Source: Trichinella spiralis
Lineage: Eukaryota
DNA: 20,000 nucleotides
Direction of reading: 5' to 3'
NCBI RefSeq assembly: GCF_000181795.1
Contig: NW_003526948.1
Coordinates: 3,126,268 to 3,146,267 of the forward strand
Each line of letters begins with the position of its first letter. Within the stretch, counting starts at the first letter, position 1. Under the pieces are notes generated by a model, which had not been told where the DNA came from, did no database searches, and was given only the letters and a program-made list of their open reading frames with translations. A program made the translations under genes and the position numbers. Of the stretch, positions 1-9,878 are shown piece after piece.

Positions 1-105
1 TCTGTTTATTAATCCCATCTGTTGTTAGTAATGATTTTTTAAATTCATAATCGGTTAAGAAGGCATTTCGCGGAATCTTGTCTTTTCTATTTTTTTATCC
101 TGTAG

Positions 106-287
106 ATCGTCATGGAAATTATCATGTAAACTGTCTGTCTATTGATGATGATTTTCTGGATGCTTTTTTTATTTTCGGCATACTGTGAGCAGAACAGTAA
201 AGGTTTGTTTTTGAATTGTCTTTTGCTTTTGAATTGATAAATATTCAAATGCTAATAGTGAAATTGCCAATTGTAGAAACACAGTAA
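106..287 (+). CDS. Possible exon(s) of an unidentified upstream gene
   Basis: Acceptor CTGTAG|106 precedes (D)RHGNYHVNCLSIDDDFLDAF... This frame either stops at TGA (about 188) or, with one T fewer in the T7 run, reads ..LFSAYCEQNSK to a donor G|GTTTGT at 202/203 and then to TTGTAG|277 (ETQ*). No firm homology. Confidence 0.22.
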
Positions 288-3200
288 CGTTTACTAACAT
301 GAAAAATAATCAAATCAACATGAAGAATACCAGAATAATAATCATGTAGCATTGATAATAAGCAGCACATTAACAATCATAATGTTATGTAAAATTTAAA
401 TGTACAGATACGTGAATGTCGTATTGATCGTACTCGGTTGCTCACCGCAGAAGCTCGATTCTCAAAGTATTTTGCCATTAGCACCATTAGATTAGAATAA
501 TATGTAGGCGCCCAGGGTGAAATTTTATTACAAATGCTATGAAATTAAATAAATGTACAATTGATGTCAAATTACTGGGCTCATGATTGGTATTTGTACG
601 AATCTTTAGTGGTATGCCCCAGTACGTACAGAGGTTTCGTATTCCATGATTGTCATAAACTGCGGCGTTTTGTAAAATAATTTNNNNNNNNNNACAATTA
701 TATCAGAAATTCAATTCAATTGATTGTAAAAAACGATAGATAAGAAAAAATCTAATAGATTCGTTATCAAAAATGTTTCATGTGCAGAAATTAGCAGTCA
801 CAGCAGCCGTTGAAAGACAGTTAATGTTGGACAAATTCTCTATGCATTAATATAGGCAGTAGACAAATTTAGACCCCATTTATTCGAATACTATTCGGTA
901 GTTTCTAATGGAACTTTGCATAACATTTTCCGTATACATTGTGAATGTCCAGAAATCAATAGAACTCCAAATTTCGAAAAAATACTTTCGTTGATTTTCA
1001 CAAAAGCAACCAGTCCCATAGCCCATTAAATTTGTAATTTCCATGAACGAGAAGAAACCCCAAAATGGCCTTTATTGGCAACATTCGATTGGAAATGATT
1101 AGAGAATTGCAGGAAACCTATATCCGGCGTCCGTAGTTGCATAATTCTCGAGAAATCCCAAAACAAGTTGCTCGCTTAACTGTGCATTGAGATAAGCAAT
1201 TTGCCACATTTAGAGGCCCATTATCTGCAAGTACTGGACAGATTTCGCCCCAACTTTTCATATCATTATGATTTATCCATGCGAATTCCTAAAACGTAGA
1301 AAAAAAGAGAATTTGAAAAAAAAGCTTTCCCCATTTTTCAAAAAAAAACAAGTCTATAGCCCCTGCAATTTTGCAATTTTCAAAAAAAACCTTGTAATCC
1401 GAAAATGAATTTATTGGGTATCATTCGATCGGAATAAACGAGAGGAGTACAGTATACGTGTTCCTGCATTACTCTGTTGCCTATTTCTTGAAATACTGCG
1501 AAATAAAGTTGGAAGCTGACCGATGTATTGAGACAGGCAGTATGCCAACTTCAGAGGCCATTTATTCCACAACTACTGTGCAATGTCCTTTGGAACTTTG
1601 CATAACGCTATTAATAATCAATGCGAATAATTATCAATCAGAAAAAGTCAGCCCATGAAATTTCGCAATTTTTGAGAAAACCCCTTTTCTCGAAAATTAT
1701 TAACGATTAGAAACGATTTTAGAAGTACGAATAGCTTTTCCGCTCAATTTCGAATTTCTTATTTCTCGAGATATTACGCCAAATGTAAGGAATTTTCCTC
1801 TATATTAAGATGCTTTTCCTATGTAAGATGATAGGGTGCCATTGCATAAAATGTTTGCTATTAAAAATGCATGGCGATGCAATGCAAAGATTTTGATAGG
1901 TCCTTTAACAGCTATAATTTGAGAAATTTTATTCACTTTACTGTTATAAAACGATAAATTCGAAGAAGCCTTGTAAATTCAAACTTTTTATTAAGTTTTC
2001 AAGCTACTGTCTTCACAAATGACGAAGTGATGTAAGAATGATTATTAATTAAAAATATGAATATGTTAAATAATTGAAAATATTGCAAATTCTGCATGAA
2101 GCCTTTACTGAATGAGAAACATGTACCATTTAATAAAAATCACGCATCTTCGTTCAGTTTGATGAATGTTTCAGATTCGCAACATTCTTATGTATTAACT
2201 TCAGCAGTGTTCCAACTTTAAGGGTATTTTTTGCAAGCGCACTTGTGTGTTTTCGCTAAAACTCTCTACTGCAGTGCAATTTGTCGATATGTATCTAAAA
2301 TGTGAAATAAATGTTTTGATCCACCAAATCAACAAAAGCCCATTAGCCCCCTGAAATTTAGAATATTTGGAAAAACTTTTTCCAAAATAATTGANNNNNN
2401 NNNNAAGTCGAAATAAATAGGAATAAAATAAAAGTATAATAAATGTGAACAATGAATGATGTCATGAGTTTTACAACAAAACTATTAATGTTTTTCTCCA
2501 AAAAAATTAATTGACCTTAATAAGAATTGCTCCTGATTTTCATTAAGCAACAGGAACTTTCAAAATTAAAAACCTTCGTTCACTGAATTTTTTTGACTTA
2601 TTACAATTCATAGATAAGAATTATCCAAAATTATCACATTAGAAAGCTATTTACGGGCAATATGCCAGTATTTTCATTCTATAAATTTCAAATCCTCAAA
2701 CCGGTAAATTTATCGAATTTCTCAAAAAATCATCTATTTCGCGTTACTGAAAATTTACATACCTATAAATGACACATAATTGCTTGCAATATTTATAAAA
2801 GTATTTTACAATATGCCGTAGTTTCTGAGAAGCATGGAATAAGTATCACAGTACAAACTGTTGGATGTCTCTAAGGATTCGAACAAATGCCATGCATTAG
2901 ATCAATAGTTTGACATGAATTGTGAATTTATTTAATTACATTGCATTTTCAATGAATTTTCACCCTGGGGAACTGCATATTGTACTGATTATGCAAATCA
3001 CCATTACATCATTGCTACTTAGCGAAAGTGAATTTAAATAGCCACACATTTGGTATCAATGAGAAGTTTAGTAAATGAAAAAGATGGTAATGGGCACCGC
3101 ATTCCATGAAATGTTTACTTTTCATCAAAGCAAACACTTCCATCGCTTTCGTTTTGATTCGTAGCAATTAATGATTATTTAACAGTAATAATTTCAAAAA

Positions 3201-5947
3201 TTCAATTCAATTGATCGTAAAAAACGATAGATTAGTAGAAATCTAATAGATTCGATATCAAAAATGCCTTTATGCGCAGAAATTGGCAGTCATTTCTGCC
3301 GTTGAAAGAGAATTACCGATGGGCAAGTTCCCTATGTATTAAGATAGGCTATAGACAAATTTAGAGGCCATTTATTCCACAACTACTTGGTAGTTTGGAT
3401 TGAAACTTTGGAAAACACTTTATTTTATCAATATTAAACTACAACAATAAAAAAAGATTCCAAAATTTGAAAACAACTTTTTCGCCGATTTTTGCAACAC
3501 AACCAAGTCTACAGCTCGTGAAATTTACAATTTTTCGAGAAAAATTTTTTTTCTCAAAANNNNNNNNNNGACGAGTTTTATTCGTTCACTTTGCATGTCT
3601 GATTCTTATATAAATTGCACCTACACACTAAAAACCTCTTCTCTACCTTCCCCTCTTTGAACATCCATTTCAGTTGCCAACTCCATCGCCTACACGCCAT
3701 CCCTACTATCTCCTCCCTCCTAGCCTCAGTCAGTCGATTTTTTATAAAATTGCTGCGGGAAATGGTGCTCTTAGCAGCTTTTCTTTGATTTCCTGATTCT
3801 TGCATAACTGACACTTTCATAAAAATCTGAATGTGCTTGAAATGCTACGATCAGTAGTATGTACTGAGGTTGAGGATGACGCAAGACAGAATGTCTTGTT
3901 TTATGAAATCCTGTGCGGTCGAACCACACTTTACCAGCAGAAAATTAATTATGAAGTAGAAATGAAACTTGAAGTGCATATATATATAGTTTTGTAAAAA
4001 CAAATTATATTCCTTCATTTAATGTAACACATACAGAGGCGTTTAATTTATAAAGATGGGCGGATGTAGTATACAAAAGATTTATCATGTACATGTATTA
4101 TTATACATGACAGTCTGACGAAGAATAAAATAGTACCGTTTTTTCATTAAAAATAATTGGTATCTCAATCATGCGATAGAATAGCTTTTAAAGTAATAAT
4201 TTTAATTGTATTTCGAAAGAACGGCAAGTTTTGATTCCGTTTGAAAAAAAAACTTTTCTATTACCAGATCAATATCAATGGAAAAGTCAGAGTGAATGTA
4301 CACGTTACGGCAAATCCGTTTAGTCGTTCTTCTGTCATGGTAGTCCAGAAATAGCTTTTAAGATATTTCACTGCAGTAAAGCTTCATTTTGCGCTGGCTG
4401 AGGCGATTAGGTGAGTTGTGAAAATCTGCACGAGTTAGGACACGATCGGGTAATAATCGTTGTTGTTGAATTTTAATGCATAAACAAATCAAATGCCCAA
4501 AGTGCTATGTTCGCTGAAAATCGCGTATGCTAGATGCCTTTCGAGGAAGTTACAGATTGCCAACTTTACTACATATTAAGATAAGCAGAATGCGCTAACT
4601 TTAGAGGCAATTTATAGCGAAATTATTGGGCAGAGTACGTTGAAACTATCCATAAAGATGTCATTCATTACTGCCAACATCTACCAATCACAAAAAGTTG
4701 AAATTTGTATAAAATATTTTTGGCTATTTATCGAAAACAGTGAAGGCTGAGAAATACGATATAAGTGGGAAGGAAAAGACCAGAAACGAAACGCAGACAG
4801 TAAATAAGTATGCAAGAAAAATGATTTTGTGCAGATTTATCGCAAATGTTTAAATAATCGAGCAAACAGAAGTATCTTCTTCAAATAAAATTTGCTACTG
4901 ACTTTTCTTTATTGCTTACAGCATCCTGAAATTTACTACCCAGTTTCTGGAGAAATTCTCCAAAACACTATCTTTTATTAATATAAGAGTATAACAAACA
5001 AAAAAGCACAAATTTTGAAAAAAACTTTTTCGCTCATTTTTGGTAAAACAACCAAGTCTATACTCCATGAAATTTTGCAATTTTCGAGATATCCAGAAAA
5101 AAGTGGGAAGCATACCCATGTATTAAGAGAAGCAGTATTCCAAATTCAGAGGCCATTTATTCCACAACAACTGCGTAGAGTGGATTGAAGCTCTAGAAAA
5201 CACTTTATTTTATCAATATGAAACTAAAAACATCAAAAAAAATTCCAAATTTCGAAAACAAAATTTTCGCCGATTTTCGCAAAAACAATCAAGTCTATAG
5301 TCCATGAAATTTTGCAATTTTCGAGAAAAATTTTTTTCTCCAAAAATTAATGCAATTAATTTATATCGGTAGAGAATTATTCGCTAACTATTATAAAATT
5401 ATACCGACAGCTCGGAATTGGATATTTGTTTAGATATATCAAAAAAAGTAAATCTGAAATAAGATTTTAACGAAGTCGAAATAAAAAGGAATAAAAATTA
5501 AAAGTATAATAAATGTGAACAATGAATGATGTCATTAATTTTTACAACAAAACTATCAATGTTTTTCTCTAAAAAAATGAATTGACCTTAATAAGAATTG
5601 CTCCTGATTTTCATTAAAGCAACAGAAACTTTCAAAATTAAGAACCTTCGTTCACTGAATGTTTTTGACTTATTACAATTCAGAGATGAGAATTATCCAA
5701 AATTATCACATTAGAAAGCTATTTACAAACAATATGCCAGTATTTTCATTCTATAAATTTCAAATGCTAAAGCCGGCAAATTTATCAAATTTCTCAAAAA
5801 TCATCCATTTCAGGTTATTAAAAATTTACATACCTTTAATTTGCACAGAATTGGTTGTTGCAATCACAAAATTATTTTACAATACGTCGCAGTTTTTGAC
5901 AAGCGTGGAATAAGTTCTATTGTACATACAGTTGGATACCTCTAGAG

Positions 5948-6698
5948 CAGTGGTTCTCAAACTTTTCTGGACTGCGACCCAGTTTCGAAAACGGAAATTT
6001 TTCGCGTCCCACCTGCTTGCAATGCATATTTTAAAAGACAAGAGGGGTTAAATTAAAAAAATATTAGTTTAATACTTGAAATTTTTTAATGAACAAGCCT
6101 AATTAAAATTTATAAGTTTATTTGTCAAATGCATAATGAGGTGTATGCGAACAGTGGGCTTGTTTTCTGTTTTGAGTGATCACTTCTTCGACGTCCGCAC
6201 TAAAACGTTCTGGTTGTAGTCGCAAGATGTTGGATAATTGCAGCTTACTTCGAAATTTGCTTTTAATTTTATTCATTGCTGAAAATCCAATTTCGCACAA
6301 GTAGAAAGTAGTAAAAGGATGCAGCACTTTTAATGCAGCGGTGGAAGGAGTTGGATACGTGTTTAAAACTGATAGCCAAAACTGTGTCAATGTTTTACGA
6401 TCAAACCTGACTTTAAACGAAGAATCTTCAGACAAATTGATTAATTCTTCATCTCCTTTTGTGGATATGCCGGTACAGACAACATCTGCGTGCTGTGAGA
6501 AGCTGGACAGAAATAATGATTCTCAAATCATTGTTACTTACAACTTACTTCTTTACCCAACAATATTCGATGAGTAAAACTCTCTTAACAAAAATAGAGA
6601 CTACTCCTATACTTTAAAATTTTACGCGACCCACCCAATAACTGCTCACGACCAACTGGACCAACAACATACCGCGACCCACACTTTAAGAACCACTG
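5948..6698 (-). mobile_element. Non-autonomous, internally deleted hAT DNA transposon (Buster/Charlie-like), 751 bp
   Basis: Left TIR CAGTGGTTCTCAAACT at 5948. Right end ACTTTAAGAACCACTG (to 6698) reverse-complements to CAGTGGTTCTTAAAGT (14/16 match). Perfect 8-bp TSD CTCTAGAG at 5940-5947 and 6699-6706. Subterminal CGCGACCCA-like motifs near 5973, 6003, 6625, 6647 and 6673. Contains a transposase C-terminal remnant. Confidence 0.95.
6118..6520 (-). pseudogene. hAT transposase C-terminal (dimerisation domain) remnant, ZBED5/ZBED8/SCAND3/FAM200-like
   Basis: Translation ...EELINLSEDSSFKVRFDRKTLTQFWLSVLNTYPTPSTAALKVLHPFTTFYLCEIGFSAMNKIKSKFRSKL...QAHCSH matches the Buster-family pattern FW...YP.L...A...L.PF.T.YLCE.GFS.....K.K.R..L and the terminal QAH.SH. 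The BED finger and catalytic core are absent. Confidence 0.9.
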
Positions 6699-7956
6699 CT
6701 CTAGAGATTCGAACAAATGCCCTGCATGAGCCCAATAATTTGACATCAGTTGCGAAGTTATATAATTTCATAGCATTTGTAATGAATTTTCACCCCGGGC
6801 GACAACATTAAAGTTATTATGCAAATCTCCACTGCATCGTTATTACTTAGCGAAAGTAAATTCAAATGGCCACATGTGGTATCAATCATGAGCTTAAACA
6901 ATGAAAAAGATGGTAACCGTAAATGGATTCCATGAAATGTTTGCTTTTTAGCAAAGTAAACACTTACAACGCTTGCGTTTTGATTCGCATCAAATAATGA
7001 TTATTTAACAGCAATAATATCAAAAATTCAATTCAATTGATTGTAAAAAACGATAGATTAGTAGAAATCTAATAGATTCGTTTTCAAAAATGTTTCATGT
7101 GCATAAATTAGCAGTAATCGCAGCCGTTGGAAGACAGTTAATGTTGGACAAATTTCCTATGTATTAATATAGGCAATAGACAAATTTAGACCCCATTTAT
7201 TCGAATACTATTCTGTAGTTTCTAATGGAACTTTGCATAACAATATTGGTAATCATTATGAATGTCCAGAATTAAAATAAACAGGAAATTTTTAAAAAAG
7301 AACTTTCTCTGATTTTCGCGAGAACAACCATAATATATACATATTCCATGAAATTTTGCAATTTTTGAGAAATCCAGAAAAAAGTGGGAAGCATACCCAT
7401 GTATTAAGAAAAGCAGTATTCCAAATTCAGAGGCCATTTATTCCTCAACAACTGTGTAAAGTAGATTGAAGCTCTAGAAAACACTTTACTTTATCAATAT
7501 GAAACTAAAAACATCAAAAAAAATTCCAAATTTCGAAAACAAAATTTTCGCCGATTTTCGCAAAAACAATCAAGTCTATAGTCCATGAAATTTTGCAATT
7601 TTTGAGAAAAATTTTTTTTTCCAGAAATTAATTCAATTGATTTATATCGGTAGAAAATTATTCGCTAACTATTATAAAATTATACCGACAGCTCCGGATT
7701 GAACGTTTGTTAAGATATATAAAAAAAGTAAAACCGATATAAGATTTTAACGAAGTCGAAATAAATAGGAATAAAAATTAAAAGTATAATAAATGTGAAC
7801 AATGAATGGTGTCATTAATTTTTACAACAAAACTATCAATGTTTTTCTTCAAAAATGAATTGACCCTTATAAAGGATTGCTTCCTGATTTTCTATTAAGC
7901 ACACGGAACTTTCCAAATAANNNNNNNNNNGATTCAATAGTTTTGTTCATTTTTAG

Positions 7957-9544
7957 CAATATGCTAAATGCGCAATCTCGATGAGCGATCGTCAGTCGAA
8001 TGTGTGCAGAAATGCAGACATCGTCGCTCTCAAACTCGCAGTAGACCTGAAAACGAAAAGTGACGCTACATCTCACTCCACCAGAACTAGAAAAGGGTCT
8101 GCTTTACAACTTATCTTATGTTACAACTGAGTTTTTATATAAATTTCTTTATTAATTTTTCACACTTACTTCTCATAACCAGGATGTAAATTTTTCAAAG
8201 CATTTTTCCCATTCGTGATGATTTAAACTTGCTTTTAGTCATTCTAGTACTAGCAAAGTGTCGACTGCAACCTGAACTCCCGTTTTACTAAAGAATGGAT
8301 ATCGTTATTACTTGGACCGAGAGCCCTGAATCCATTTGCCCCCGATTAAAGTATGTCTGAAAGTGTGCTTTTTCGTTTTACTTAAACCTTTATGATTTTT
8401 GGAGAACTGTTGTCTGTCCCCAAAAGAGTTGGCAGGCAAGCCAATTCCAAGTCATCTGAACCGATTCATACGGCAAACAGTAGTAAAGTTATCGTCGATT
8501 GACAGAGGTTGTTTTGTCAATCGTTTTCTCTTTTCAAAATTCGCATGTTTCTATTTTAATACAGCTCCTCAGATTAAGTTGTCAGCTGATGGAATGGTCG
8601 CTACTGGTGAACGCGGCTATTCTGTTATTCGAGGTACGCATGGTGTTTCTCGAGGAACTTGGTTTTACGAAGTTCGTGTTGTAAATCAGCCAAAGGATTC
8701 ACACGCACGTATTGGTTGGTCGCAGCCTTTCGGTAGATGAATAAATTTTATTTCTTTGTTTGTAACTTGTTCTTTTTTTTGTTTTGTTTCCAGGGTTGCT
8801 TCAAGCACCTGTTGGCTATGACAAATTTTCTTACTGTGTGCGAAGCCGGCACGGTACTCGCTTTCACGACAGCAGAGGTTATCATTATCAAGAACCATAT
8901 GGTCAAGGAGATACACTGGGTTTGCTTATTCATCTTCCTGAAACCCATCCTTGTGCTCATTATTTGCCATCGACCGGAAAACATCCTGTATGAATGAATA
9001 ATGTTTCTGCTGGAATTTCTTTGCAACTATTTATGTAAAATTTAAATACATTATTCTTCTTTATTCCTTTTTTTCTATTAGCCATTGGTGCGATTTAAAA
9101 GTAGCCATTATTTTGAAGAGAGAGATGATCTGAAAGGAGCTCAGGCGGCTTTAACACCTTTAGTTGGCAGCAAAGTAATATACAACTGAGTTGATGTCTT
9201 TTTGATCTATAAATTTTTAAATCAGGTTATTTTCAGCTGATTTTTTACAAGAATGGAATTTGTCAAGGTGAAGCATTTACGGATATCTACGAGGGAACGT
9301 ATTATCCAGCGATTTCTTTATACAAAGATTTTACAGTAGAAGCGAATTTTGGTCCGAATTTCGCTTTTCCACCTACAGGAGTCGAGTACAGACCAGTAAG
9401 GGAAACAGTTTGGTTTTAAATTTTTATAAAATATTACAATATATATATATATATACATATTTTTTTTAACTGTAGATGTGCGAAAGAGCGGAGATGTTGA
9501 TCGTGGAGCAGTGCCTCGCTGATATGCTTTACTTTATCAAATGA
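7957..9544 (+). CDS. ash-2: Set1/COMPASS histone H3K4 methyltransferase complex subunit ASH2 (5'-partial; SPRY domain plus DPY30-binding helix)
   Basis: Clean exons: about 8405-8507 (..[18 protein letters not shown]), 8565-8732 ([45 protein letters not shown]), 8794-8987 ([28 protein letters not shown]), 9082-9174 ([15 protein letters not shown]..), 9237-9395 ([34 protein letters not shown]) and 9476-9544 ([22 protein letters not shown]), joined by GT-AG introns in consistent phase. Exon 8239-8350 encodes the PFxKDGYRYxLAEPDP motif but has indels. Exon 7957-8096 is tentative. Confidence 0.93.
9439..9455. repeat. (AT)8 microsatellite in the last ash-2 intron
   Basis: Directly visible AT run. 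Confidence 0.7.
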
Positions 9545-9878
9545 GAAAGAAAACACCTTAATATTTAAAGTTTGCATTATTCCATTATAACACTGTATGA
9601 CTGACTATTGGTCGTCTTCTTTACGCTTTTGCTGAAAATTGCGCAAGAAAAACGACTGCAGTCTATCATTATTCGCTTTTTATAGATTAGGCATTTTTAA
9701 TGGAGGCGAAAGTGATTTAACATGTGTTTGTTTCGCATAAGTCAATTATTAAAACTTATGAAAAGGTTATAATTTGTGGTTTTATACATTAAATTGTCGC
9801 TTTAAGCATACTGCATTATAATAATGGCAAACTTTACTTTTAACAACGGCGAGTTCGATTAATTGCTGTTGTAAATGA

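Larger units (their letters stand above)
500..7920. repeat. Degenerate macro-repeat array (unit about 1.3-1.5 kb with internal 240-340 bp subrepeats), interrupted by gaps and unique stretches
   Basis: Anchor AAGTCGAAATAAAwAGGAATAAAA recurs at 2405, 5473 and 7753. Anchor AATTCAATTCAATTGAT recurs at 708, 3199 and 7025. Anchor-to-anchor distance is 794 bp in one unit and 793 bp in the other after removing the hAT insert and one TSD copy. The subrepeat 'TATTAAGATAGGCAGT..AAATTTAGAGGCCATTTATTCCACAACTACT...CCATGAAATTTTGCAATTTT' occurs near 846, 1186, 1526, 3338, 4575, 5121, 7163 and 7402. An inverted copy lies at about 505-682. Confidence 0.9.

Noticed and set aside
1458..7437. Short ORFs inside the macro-repeat (1458, 2201, 4916, 5659, 6341, 7222)
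   Set aside because: Not conserved as ORFs between repeat copies, have an AT-biased composition, or are antisense to the transposase remnant.
694..7920. Repeat array as a CRISPR array or rDNA
   Set aside because: Eukaryotic context, units hundreds of bp long without unique spacers, and no rRNA or 5S motifs recognised.
8499..9026. Alternative-frame and antisense ORFs over ash-2
   Set aside because: Explained by the ash-2 exons; no independent motif.
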